Shown: positions 19,309 to 29,400 of the stretch, in pieces | Numbering within the stretch: the first letter of the stretch is position 1 | Layout of the letters: each line of letters starts with the position of its first letter | IMG/VR virus record: IMGVR_UViG_3300037479_000437 | Span: 233 to 64,232 of that record | From: a virus | Length of the DNA: 64,000 bases | Direction: 5' to 3' (one strand) | Program-made: the position numbers and the translations under genes | Notes under the pieces: model-generated | Seen by the model: only the letters and a program-made list of their open reading frames with translations | Told to the model about the DNA's origin: nothing | The model's database searches: none

Positions 19309-19784
19309 GAAATATCCCTGCCGAAAACTTCAATCTGCCGGTCATCCGTTGTCAAATCATCGAATGGATCAATTGCCCGGACATCAATCGAAGGCGTTGC
19401 GGCTTCAGTTTCGGCGATGATCAATGAGTCAAGAGTCTTTGTCGCGCGCAGTTCGAGCGCCGCTACAGCAACATTGATCTGCTCCGGCGTGGCATTCTGT
19501 ACTTCTACTCCATCAGGCAGTCTCAATCGAATAGCTGCGCCGGTTTTAAGCAGCACGACATTCCGATTTTCGAGCAGATACGCCCAGCCGAATAATTCTT
19601 CGCTGAGCGCCAGCAATCGCGCTGTTGCCGCAGCCGGATCAGTCGCCGTTGCATCATAGACTGCTCCGCTGACAATGCGCCGCACACGTTGCTCGCTGTA
19701 CAGCAGAATGTCTGTCAGCAGGTCGTCATCAACATCATCAACCGGGTGACGCTGCTGAAATTCCTGTGGCGTAATCACGGGCAT
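19305..19784 (-). CDS. Head-tail adaptor (gp6-like)
   Basis: ITPQEF...DDDLLTDILLYSEQRVRR pattern and position. Confidence 0.6.
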   Translation of the reverse strand: MPVITPQEFQQRHPVDDVDDDLLTDILLYSEQRVRRIVSGAVYDATATDPAAATARLLALSEELFGWAYLLENRNVVLLKTGAAIRLRLPDGVEVQNATPEQINVAVAALELRATKTLDSLIIAETEAATPSIDVRAIDPFDDLTTDDRQIEVFGRDIS

Positions 19785-19791
19785 CGGGCAT

Positions 19792-20118
19792 TTACTTCTT
19801 CGTTTCGGGCGGTTTCGTTGCTGCTTTCGCTGCTTCTGCTTCCGCCAGTTTCTTTTTCAATTCGGCGTTTTCGGCAGCCAGCGCCGCCGCGTTGCTGGCT
19901 GCCGCATTAGCGACGGCCTGAGCAGCTTCAATAGAAGTCTGGATTTGCACTTTTTCCTTATCTTCTTCATCGGGCGTGGCCGGGCGAATCGCGTTCAATT
20001 GCAAGTACCGGTTAACATCCGGTGACGCGTCGTCAAGAGTAATGACACTACCTTTTGTTGCATCACCGGCATCGCCGCACCGCACAGCTTCAAACAAAAC
20101 TACATATTTTCTGGCCAT
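19792..20118 (-). CDS. Small capsid-associated protein
   Basis: Follows the capsid gene; G.VITLD...YLQLNAIRP with an Ala/Lys tail. Confidence 0.5.
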   Translation of the reverse strand: MARKYVVLFEAVRCGDAGDATKGSVITLDDASPDVNRYLQLNAIRPATPDEEDKEKVQIQTSIEAAQAVANAAASNAAALAAENAELKKKLAEAEAAKAATKPPETKK

Positions 20119-20183
20119 GATTTCCTCGGATCAATAAAAGCACGGACTCTGATCATCCATGCTGATTGGTGGTTATGATCAGA

Positions 20184-21206
20184 TCAGACGCTCAGCACGA
20201 TGATCGAACCCGGATACCACAGTTCAACCCCGCCGTTGTGTCCCTGGAAGACTTCGACTTTGACCGGCGGTTCTTCATCCGTTTTGACGTAACTGAAAGC
20301 GCCCGCGCGCACGGATCCGCCAGTGATGTAGTTGTTTGCGTTGATCGTTTCAGTGTAGGAACCGAGCGGCTGCCCATCACCCCGCCGACCGAAGACGACG
20401 ACTTTATCGTCAGGAAGAAACAGATTTTCCGCGCCCGCGTCATCCGTCCAGGTGTCATCCATGATCTGGATATTCGGGAGCAGTTCATCGCTCAGCACGC
20501 TGGTCACGCCCAGCAACCCGTTCGCTGTGCTGCCGCTGCCGACGCGCCGCCCGCCGAGATCAGCCGCATTGGCATTGCCAAAGAGATAGTTGGCTGTCTG
20601 CTGGTTCATTACCGCAGTCGAACCTTGCCCGAAGGTAGCTCCGAAGCCACGTCCGCGCAGGGCATTTTGCCGCAGATCAGCCAGCGGTGTTGCAGTTGCC
20701 AGGTTTGACCAGTCTGATCCGGCAAACTGCCTGACCGGGTAAGTGTCGGTGTAGATCACCCGGTTGCCATCCGCGATTGAAAACGTGCCAGTGACCACGA
20801 GCGTCCACAGGATATGCCGTTTCAGCGCGACTTCCCGGACAAGCAATTCATCCTGCGCTTCAGAGATCAGGTCATTGATATTGATCGGGCCACTTCCGGC
20901 CAGCGCAGCGCGTTGCGTCATCTGGCGTTCGTCCAGTTCCTTGCGGTCGCCATAGTAGCCAGGCATCATCTCGTAGATGCGACTGCCACGTTGCGCGACT
21001 GAACGAAACGGCGTGCCCAGCCCGCGCGCCTGTTGCAATCCGGCATACAGATCCTTCTGCTCCCAGCGCAGGCGATCTGTTTCTTTCTGCACGACAGGGA
21101 AATATCCGAAAATCGGATCAGCCGATGCGCCCGTCGTCATCGGTTGCGTTTTGAGGCGCATGATTTCCTGCCATTGCTCGTTGGTTTTGAAGTCGAAGAC
21201 TGCCAT
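20184..21206 (-). CDS. Major capsid protein (lambda gpE-like)
   Basis: 340 aa after a gpD-like gene; GGAG RBS; gpE-family layout. Confidence 0.85.
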   Translation of the reverse strand: MAVFDFKTNEQWQEIMRLKTQPMTTGASADPIFGYFPVVQKETDRLRWEQKDLYAGLQQARGLGTPFRSVAQRGSRIYEMMPGYYGDRKELDERQMTQRAALAGSGPININDLISEAQDELLVREVALKRHILWTLVVTGTFSIADGNRVIYTDTYPVRQFAGSDWSNLATATPLADLRQNALRGRGFGATFGQGSTAVMNQQTANYLFGNANAADLGGRRVGSGSTANGLLGVTSVLSDELLPNIQIMDDTWTDDAGAENLFLPDDKVVVFGRRGDGQPLGSYTETINANNYITGGSVRAGAFSYVKTDEEPPVKVEVFQGHNGGVELWYPGSIIVLSV

Positions 21207-21285
21207 TGTAGTTCTCCTTGTAGTTCAGCGCCTGATGAGCAAAATCAGCAGGCCGATGAATTCAGAAAGTGAAACGTCTGAAGCT

Positions 21286-21696
21286 TTAGAAAATGAACCA
21301 TGTGCCGACAGTTCGGCCATTCAGTTCATCAGCAATCGTGCCGTCGAAGCTGACAATCTGCGCGGTGTCGAAAACGCCGCCCAGCCAGACTTCACAATCA
21401 GGGACTTTTTCGCCATCCCAGCCGCCTGACTGACCACCAGTGGCAGACAGCGTAATCGCGCCGTTGGCGTCAACCTGCATGTCGTACTTGGCGATGGCAA
21501 CGGCTACCTGAGAGCCGTCGCTGGCCCCGCCGTTGCGGATTTTCAATTTACCGTCTGCCGTGACGCGCCCCAGCACCGTCCCTTTCGGGATGTTCTGCGA
21601 AGCGGAAAAGCGAAAGGCAGCGGTGAAGTTTCGCTCGTTGTTGATTACCGGCTTGAGAAAGTCCGGCGCAAAACTGTGCAAGTGACTTGCAGGCAT
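21286..21696 (-). CDS. Head decoration protein (lambda gpD-like)
   Basis: IPKGTVLGRVTADGKL...DGSQVAVAI motif. Confidence 0.85.
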   Translation of the reverse strand: MPASHLHSFAPDFLKPVINNERNFTAAFRFSASQNIPKGTVLGRVTADGKLKIRNGGASDGSQVAVAIAKYDMQVDANGAITLSATGGQSGGWDGEKVPDCEVWLGGVFDTAQIVSFDGTIADELNGRTVGTWFIF

Positions 21697-21754
21697 ATTG
21701 CTGATCCTCCATTGAAGGGCGCAAACGCGCCAGTTAAAGATTCAGACTGACTGC

Positions 21755-23416
21755 TCAGGCCGGATGTCCGGCCTGCTCTTCCTCAACCAGTTTCAGAGCG
21801 CGACGCCCCAGCGGCGTTTTTTCCAGAACATCGGCATGCGGATGTTTCCCGACATTCTTTTCCGATTCGACGGGCTGATCATCTGCCGGATCAGAGTTGA
21901 GCGTTTGAAGACCATTGATTTTTTCTTCAAACATTTGATGACGTGGCGCTGTTTTGAGCATCGCCATCAGACTGTCAAACCGCGAGCCTTCAGCCAGCGG
22001 CTGTTGTTCATCGCTTTCAAGTAACAGCGTCGCCAGCCGGGTAAATTCTTCTCTTTGCGCCGGAGCCAGACAGGCTGCCCGGTGCAAGTCAGCGTAAGCC
22101 ACATCAATCGTCATGGCGCGATGCTGCCGGGACACTTCAATCAGCTTCGCTTCCATCTGCGCCAGGGTGTTGGCTTCGACTTCCTGAACTGTGACCGGAC
22201 TTTGATCCGGGTCAGCCAGGACAGCTGGCTGATTTTCCGAAGCTTGTTCTTTTGGCGCTTCTGCCGCCAGAATTTCTTCCAGCCGGGCGCGGGTCTCTTT
22301 GTCGTCTGATAAACCCAGGGCCTTTTGCAGTTTTTCCCAGAGTGTCATGTTGTTTTCCTCCACAAATTCGAGAGATTCAATGCCGGATTGTGACGCTGCC
22401 GTCTGAGCATTCGGTTGTGAATGATACGAGATTGAAATGACCGGCGTGCTGGTGATTTCTGCGCTTTTGATTTCAATGATTTTGTCAACTTTATCGAATG
22501 ACTCAACGTCTGCCCGCAGCCCGGAGACACCATAACGTTTGCGCTGTTTGCGCGCTTCGGCTAAGGCGTCCGCAAAGAAGCCCTGGCGGTCAATCATTTT
22601 CGCTTTCAGCGCGTCAGCAGTAATCAGCATGCCGCCCTGGCCGAACTGTTGTGCAATCTGCTCAGTCGTTACCTTTCGGCCAGTGGCGACGGCCTGATAA
22701 AACTGCTCTTCCAGTTTGTCGAGCAGAGCCGTGATTTCCAGCCGGGCGAAATTCGACTCCGAGCGGACATCAATCCGCTTCTTCGGCGCGCGGCCTGAAA
22801 CGAAGGAATAAAATTTCACGCCCATTTGTTCCCAGTAACCACGCGCATCGGCCCACTCCACAACTACCCCGATTGATCCCTGTTCGCTGGTTGGATCACT
22901 GACAATCGTTGACGCCTGGGACCCAAGCCAGTAAGCGGCAGAAGCCATGCGCCCACTGTTATAAGCGATGACTGGTTTCTTTTTCGCAGCGCGAGCGATT
23001 TCCGCTCCGGTTTCCGCAATGCCCATCGCCTGCCCGCCAGGGCTGTTGATGTCAAGAATGATTGCCGAAATATCAGGCGCGTCAGCAGCAGCAGAAATGC
23101 GATTGCGGACAGCGCCGGTCAGCAGACATCCGCTCAGCATCTGCCAGAAGGACGGAAGAGCCACCAGCGGCGCTTTAATATTGATGATCGCAATTCCGTC
23201 CTCGGTTTTTGGCAGCGTTCTGGCAAGTTCATCAGGGCTGGTTGCGGCGGCGATTTCAAGCTCGTGCTGCTGTTCGGGCGTTGGTTCACTACTTACTGAC
23301 AATTTACCGGCCATACTGATCAATTCACGTAACCCGGCTTCAGTAATCAGCCAGGGGGTATTGCAAAAGAGATCAGTCAGATTGATGCGCTCAATCAGTT
23401 TTTCGTGTTCGTTCAT
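21755..23416 (-). CDS. S49 capsid maturation protease fused to scaffold domain
   Basis: ILDINSPGG, MASAAYWLGSQA and GSIGVV S49 motifs, followed by an acidic coiled C-terminus. Confidence 0.9.
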   Translation of the reverse strand: MNEHEKLIERINLTDLFCNTPWLITEAGLRELISMAGKLSVSSEPTPEQQHELEIAAATSPDELARTLPKTEDGIAIINIKAPLVALPSFWQMLSGCLLTGAVRNRISAAADAPDISAIILDINSPGGQAMGIAETGAEIARAAKKKPVIAYNSGRMASAAYWLGSQASTIVSDPTSEQGSIGVVVEWADARGYWEQMGVKFYSFVSGRAPKKRIDVRSESNFARLEITALLDKLEEQFYQAVATGRKVTTEQIAQQFGQGGMLITADALKAKMIDRQGFFADALAEARKQRKRYGVSGLRADVESFDKVDKIIEIKSAEITSTPVISISYHSQPNAQTAASQSGIESLEFVEENNMTLWEKLQKALGLSDDKETRARLEEILAAEAPKEQASENQPAVLADPDQSPVTVQEVEANTLAQMEAKLIEVSRQHRAMTIDVAYADLHRAACLAPAQREEFTRLATLLLESDEQQPLAEGSRFDSLMAMLKTAPRHQMFEEKINGLQTLNSDPADDQPVESEKNVGKHPHADVLEKTPLGRRALKLVEEEQAGHPA

Positions 23417-24011
23417 AACGATACTCGAAGGTACAACGACAGTTTGAAAGACAGGCGCAATCCTCGCTTATTTCAGGCAGCGTGCCGGGCGCCTGCCAGC
23501 TTTTTGCCGCATATTCAAGACAGTCAGCGCAATTATGTGCAGCATGCAACAAGCGACGTTCTTCTTTTACCTTGCGATGCGCTGCAAAATCACGTCGGCG
23601 CTCGCGCTCCCAGGTAGCTGACATGGCTCGTGTATACATGCGCAGGCGATTGTAAACGCGCCCGTCTATTTCCAGTCCGGCTTCCAGTTCACGGGCAAAA
23701 TTATCAAGAGCCTTCAATTCGCCTTCAATCCGTTGTTCCATTGCGCGCCGGTCAGCGCGGGAAACTGATTTCCAGCCACCGTGCGCTATCGAACCCGTCG
23801 CAATATGCCCGCTCCGAATCAGTTTCTCCATGCGGAACTGCCAGGTCTCCAGGCGCAGAGTTCCGGCTTCCAGTCGTCGGGTCAGTTGTTCCATTTCGCG
23901 CCAGGCCTGTGAGCCAATGCGCTCTGTTGCGCCGCGCACCTTCGCTGCGGCAACAAAGGAGCCGTCTGCGTTGCGAAAGCGTCTGGCGGCGGTGTCCCAT
24001 TTGATCGGCAT
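23391..24011 (-). CDS. Minor head morphogenesis protein (Mu gpF-like)
   Basis: C-terminal H..HNC.DC...C.CLSNCRCT; adjacent to the portal. Confidence 0.7.
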   Translation of the reverse strand: MPIKWDTAARRFRNADGSFVAAAKVRGATERIGSQAWREMEQLTRRLEAGTLRLETWQFRMEKLIRSGHIATGSIAHGGWKSVSRADRRAMEQRIEGELKALDNFARELEAGLEIDGRVYNRLRMYTRAMSATWERERRRDFAAHRKVKEERRLLHAAHNCADCLEYAAKSWQAPGTLPEISEDCACLSNCRCTFEYRYERTRKTD

Positions 24012-24014
24012 TCC

Positions 24015-24200
24015 TCAGCTTTCTTCGTCGTCTGCTTCCCCTTTGCTGACCGGATCAGCTTCCATGAAGTCCTGCGCTCCGGCAGCGCGGGCAAGATCGC
24101 GCGCTTCATCAATTCGCGGACGGGTAATTTGCGACAATCGTTGCAAGTCTCGCTGGCTGCGTCGTAACGCTTTACCCTTTGCCTTTTTCTTTTCGCTCAT
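24015..24200 (-). CDS. Small basic hypothetical protein
   Basis: ORF coupled to the portal gene. Confidence 0.4.
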   Translation of the reverse strand: MSEKKKAKGKALRRSQRDLQRLSQITRPRIDEARDLARAAGAQDFMEADPVSKGEADDEES

Positions 24201-25593
24201 TTTTCTGATCCTGTCGTTCCGGCTTTTTCTCGTTCTGCTGGCGGGCGCGAGAGACCGGGAAATTCATCAGCGCATTCAACGGGTCTTTCTGATCTTCTTC
24301 CCACCAGTTGATATGGCCCAGCGCAGCAACTGCGCTCGCCAGCGCAGCCACGTCTTTTGCTTCAACGGCGCCGAGCGAAATGCGTGGCATGATGTGCCAT
24401 GAAGACTCGCCGAAGTTTTCAGTCAGAAGCGGTTTCAGAATGTCAGTTCGGATCATTTCTTCAACATCACTTTTGATCGAATGAATGAGCATCCATAGCA
24501 CTCGCAAAGCCGTATCAGCCGCCGCACGGGCATTATGTTCGCCTTCCAGAACAGCCAGCGTCTGACCGAGCAGCACACGCACACTGCGCTGAGTCAGCCA
24601 GTTGAAGGCTTTGATAAACGACTCACCGTCGTTCGCCGATTGCACGATTGAAATCTTTGCGCCGTTGCGCACGGCCACCGTTCCACCCTGGCGCAACCGG
24701 CGCAGAGCCTGATTCATGTAAGCCACAGGCGAAATACGCACTGGTTTGCCGTCACGGATGACCGGGGCGCCGGTTTCATCGAAGCTCGGCTCATCCGGGG
24801 CATTCGGCGCACATTCGCCGATGATGAAGCCCCCTCCGAAGATTTGCAGATGCCGCAGATATTCAGGCTTCAACTGCCGCCGCATAGTCCAGTCACCGAC
24901 CAGCGGGCGCAAAGTCGAACGCCCGCGCGGGTCTTCATCCACCAGACAATGATTCAGCACAGCGCATTTTTCGCGGGGTAAAATTGTGGTCTCATCAGCA
25001 ACGATTTGTGAAGCTACGCCCAGACGTGAATCACGCCCGACCCAGGCAAAGCCGCGAATATTCAGATATTCATCCACCGCAAAAGCCACGTTGCGCACTG
25101 GCTTGACTTTGATCGAACCGACCGTCGTATAGCCCTTAAAATCGCCCTGCGTAATCGGCGCCCAGGTAATTTCCGCGATCTTATAGCCGTAAATGCGAGA
25201 GTCGAGCATCTGATGCAATGTGCGTCTGAACGGAACAGGCAGATTACTGATCATCCAGTCAGCAAACGCCGCCAGTTCGGTCGCGCGCTGATAATCCGGC
25301 GCGGCAGGATCATCCATCGCCGCCAGCACCCTGATTTCCTGATTCAACACGGCGTTTTTGAGAATCATCAATGGCGTGGCAATATCTGCGTCATCCGCCA
25401 TGCGCTCATACGTCGCAAATCGCTGGCGAGTATCGTAATCAGTTACTTCAACGCCGAGCGCTTGCACTCCGCGCACGACTCCGCCTGCTGTTCCCACAAT
25501 ATAATCCTGAGCGAAATCATCGTTACGTGAGGGAACGAGAACAGCAGCCGAAACGGCTGATCCAGCCGCGCGATATTTGCGGTTGCGTTTCAT
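24172..25593 (-). CDS. Portal protein (DUF935 / Mu gp29-like)
   Basis: YERMADDADI, YGYKIAEI.W, EDPRGRSTLR and RVLLGQTL motifs. Confidence 0.88.
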   Translation of the reverse strand: MKRNRKYRAAGSAVSAAVLVPSRNDDFAQDYIVGTAGGVVRGVQALGVEVTDYDTRQRFATYERMADDADIATPLMILKNAVLNQEIRVLAAMDDPAAPDYQRATELAAFADWMISNLPVPFRRTLHQMLDSRIYGYKIAEITWAPITQGDFKGYTTVGSIKVKPVRNVAFAVDEYLNIRGFAWVGRDSRLGVASQIVADETTILPREKCAVLNHCLVDEDPRGRSTLRPLVGDWTMRRQLKPEYLRHLQIFGGGFIIGECAPNAPDEPSFDETGAPVIRDGKPVRISPVAYMNQALRRLRQGGTVAVRNGAKISIVQSANDGESFIKAFNWLTQRSVRVLLGQTLAVLEGEHNARAAADTALRVLWMLIHSIKSDVEEMIRTDILKPLLTENFGESSWHIMPRISLGAVEAKDVAALASAVAALGHINWWEEDQKDPLNALMNFPVSRARQQNEKKPERQDQKNERKEKGKG

Positions 25594-25824
25594 TGTCGGG
25601 TTGTTACTGCGGGGAAGAGAAGGCAGGCAATCCGGGATTGCTGACCAACAGGCTTACACATTGCCTCAGTCGCCGTAAGCCCTGCTCGACTGCCTGCCTT
25701 CGGACGGCCCACGCCGGAAGACTCCTCTCAACCTGACGTGGTATTGCCTGACTGCCCGGCACTATAAGCGATCATCAATGATCTGTCTATCAGAATCAGA
25801 AAATTGCAATTAAGCATTTTTTGA

Positions 25825-26157
25825 TTACGGATACTTTGAGTGATTGATCAGACTGCGCAGTTCGCTCAACTGGTCATTGATGTCCGTGATTCGCTGGCCA
25901 ATACCCTGAAGCACTCCGGTTTGTTCACGCTGAGTGACGTACTGCTGGCGCATCTGATCGAAACGTTCGTCGGAGTGCTGCTCCAGAATCTGAAGACGCT
26001 GATTGATCGCTTGTAAATCCTTATGCAGGGGTACGAGTTTTTCATCCAACTGACGCGGCGAAACTTTGCGCAGAGAAGAAACAAGCCAGCCGGTCAGCAG
26101 ACTGCCCACGATAGTCAGGAAATATTTGATTATTTCAGTAACGTTATCTGAAATCAT
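25825..26157 (-). CDS. Membrane-anchored coiled-coil protein
   Basis: N-terminal TM segment (IIKYFLTIVGSLLTGWLV) followed by a coiled coil. Confidence 0.5.
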   Translation of the reverse strand: MISDNVTEIIKYFLTIVGSLLTGWLVSSLRKVSPRQLDEKLVPLHKDLQAINQRLQILEQHSDERFDQMRQQYVTQREQTGVLQGIGQRITDINDQLSELRSLINHSKYP

Positions 26158-26247
26158 ACGTATCAAGCTCCATGTCGTGAACGGCACAGAGCGGGGGAGC
26201 CGTTTGATCGTCAGATGTCGGGACATTCGTTGTTTTACTCACTCAGG

Positions 26248-26370
26248 TTACTCGCACTCAGGCGGCACGACAATCGCATCTTCTTCCTCAAGCTGTGCGA
26301 CGCCATCATCGAATTGAAGTTCCAGATCGTCGTCGTCAAAAACCAGTTGCACTTCACAGATGTCAGTCAT
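26248..26370 (-). CDS. 40-aa highly acidic peptide (not in the ORF track)
   Basis: Manual translation MTDICEVQLVFDDDDLELQFDDGVAQLEEEDAIVVPPECE; GGGAG upstream. Confidence 0.45.
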   Translation of the reverse strand: MTDICEVQLVFDDDDLELQFDDGVAQLEEEDAIVVPPECE

Positions 26371-26403
26371 AAAGACGCTCCCGTAATAATTTCCAGCCAG
26401 TTC

Positions 26404-29400
26404 TCAATCACGCTCAATCAGGCCGTGAATAAGCGTCACGCGCTCATTGGCGGCAGTCACGACGCGCCAGCGAAACCAACCCTGTCGCCAGAGTTGCTGA
26501 TTGACCACCAGTTCAGTCGCCTGCACGATAAAGGCTCCGGCAGTTTGTTCAATCACAATATCTCCGGCGTCCGAAGTCAGCAATAACAACGGAATGATCT
26601 GCGTTGACTCATAGCGTGAGCGCCGGATTTCAAATTCTGCCTTGCACCCGGTCAGATCAAGAATTTCAGCGCCCCGGCGAAAGACACGCCGCACGCGGAA
26701 AGCGTCACCGGTCTGCATGCGATAGTCCTGGCGAGTCGGTTTGATCGAAGCGTTCGGCGCAAAGCGATTGACTGCAATCACAGTAAATCCAAGCGCTGGA
26801 CTGACATCATTATTCGGGTTCGTAACCGTAATGTTTTTGACACCCGGCACTGACATGTCTCCGGTGGTCAGTTGGGCAATCAACTGCGTGCCGTTGACGT
26901 AACTGGTCGTTCGCGCCGAGCCATCTACCTTGACCACTGCGCCGCTGGCAAAATTTATTCCGGTCAGAGTCAGGGCCAGATTGCCCTGAGTGCCTTCAGG
27001 CGCAGAAGAAGGCGACAAGCTATAGATCGTCGGGCCGGTCGGATTGGCGACAGTCAGTTGCGCGACATTCGATGACTGACCATCAGGGTTGACCAGAACA
27101 ATATCATGCGGGCCAAGCGTCTGAATGTCACTATTCTGGACGCTGATGTCCGCTCGCGTCGCCGAAACATAGCTGGTCGGGCGCTGAACGTTCTGAATCT
27201 TCCCGGCTACTCCGGGTTGAATATCTCCACCATTCACGATCAGCGTAAATGCGCCACTGTTAATGATGACCGAAGACGGAGAAAGCGTACTGATAAATGG
27301 TGGTGGCATAGATTGACCTGCGGTAATGTTAAAAGTGCGACTGGCTGACGTTCCACCGCCCGGCGTCGGATTGAACACGGTCACAGAAGCTGAGCCGGAA
27401 ATCTGAATATAACTGGCCGGAACGATGGCAGTCAGTTGAGTAGGAGAAACGAAAGTTGTAGATAAGGGTTGATTGTTCCAGCGCGCCTGACTACTCGCGA
27501 CAAAATTTGAGCCGGTCAGAGTCAGCGTAAACTGTGGCCCGCCTGCTGCTGTTGTGGTTGGTGAAATACTGTTCAGAACAGGCACAGGATTGCTGGCCGC
27601 ATTGATCGTAAAAGTCAGACCATTAGAAATCTGCGTATCAGGATTCTGAACTGTAATCGTCGCGCTTCCGGCTGATGTTATATCGGTTGCCGGAATGGTC
27701 GCTGTCAATTGTGTAGCTGATCCGAACGTCGTTGTTCGGTTCGAGCCATTCCATCTGACGACTGCGCCGCTGACAAAATTCGCGCCGTTGACGGTCAGCG
27801 TGAATTGCGCTCCTCCCGCAGTAGTCGAAGAGGGTGACAAGGTGCTGAGCGAAGGCGCACTGGCGCTGTTGATGGTAAATGTCTGATTGCCGCTGGTCTG
27901 ATTGTCCGGGTTACGGACTGACACCTGAGCCGTTCCGGCAGCAGCTATATCACCAGCGGTAATCGTCGCGGTCAATTGAGTCGAAGAGCCGAAAGTCGTG
28001 GTTCGGTTTGAGCCGTTCCAGCGAACCACAGCCCCGTTGACGAAGTTTGCGCCGTTGACCGTCAGGGTGAATTGCGCTCCCCCGGCAGTCGTGGAAGACG
28101 GCGAAATCGAACTGATCGCCGGAGCCGGGGCGTTGATCGTAAAAGTCAGACTGTTACTGGTCTGAGAGTCAGGATTGATAACTGTGATCGTCGCCGTTCC
28201 GGCTGCCGTAATATCAGTCGCCGGGATCGTGGCGTTCAGTTGAGTTGAAGAAACAAAAGTCGTTGAGCGATTCGAGCCATTCCAGCGCACAATCGCCCCA
28301 TTGACAAAGTTTGCGCCATTGACGGTCAGCGTAAACTGCGCCCCCCCGGCAGTCGCTGAGGACGGGGATAAGGTACTGAGCGAAGGCGCAGGAGTGCCGC
28401 CAGTCGTAATCGTAAAAGTGGCGCCGCTGGACGTGCCGCCGCCAGGGGTCGGATTGAAGACCGTGACCGTCGCAGTCCCGGCTGAAGCAATGTCGCCAGC
28501 CGTGATTGTTGCAGTCAACTGGCTGGGGCCGATAAATGTGGTTGCCCGATTCGAGCCGTTCCAGCGGACGACAGATTGTGCATTGAAATTCCCCCCATTG
28601 ACCGTCAGGGTGAATTGCGGGTCACCAGCGACTGCCGTAGTTGGCGCAATCGTACTGAGTGACGGAACCGGATTATTGACAACGAGCGAGGCGCTGTTGC
28701 TGACGTTGTTATCCGGGTTGATAACCGTAATCTGCAATGTTCCGGCAGTCGTAAAATCCGCCGCCGGAAGGACGCCAGTGACCTGCGTTGCGCCAACAAA
28801 AATTGTTGTCCTGTTTGAACCGTTGACGCGCACGATAGCCCCGTTCTGAAAATTCTCGCCAAAGACTGCGATTGAAGTCTGCGGCGCCCCGGCAGTGACG
28901 TTGGCCGGTGAAAGAGTTGAGATTGTTGGGAGCGTCGTGGAAACGTCTGAGAGATATTCGATCAGCGCCTGATCAGTTTGTCCGGCTACTTTCGCTGTGC
29001 TTGAACGGTATGTGCCGTTCATAAAATTGATCGGCGTGCGAGTGGAAAAATCAACGCTCGCGCCCTGCGCTGCTTCTCGCCAGAAACAGACATCCCGGAA
29101 CATCTGATCAGCAATCGTCCGTAAATCAGTGCGCCCGGTAAAGCGCGCAGCGGCAATTATGGCGACAATACAAATGTCTACTGTAACCACATAGGCAGAA
29201 GCATAACTGTAAGTTGCCGTCTGATCGAAATCTCTGACGGCATAGGGTTGATAGCTGGCCCCGCCACCAGTAGCGCCGACTAAAGGACGATTGGCCTGAG
29301 GCGATCCGGCAGTCGCATCGCCTTTAATCAGCCAGTCGGCAATGCGCACAATAAACGCTTCCAGGGCTGTGTCGGGCGCGCCCTGAATGCGTTTCTCCCG

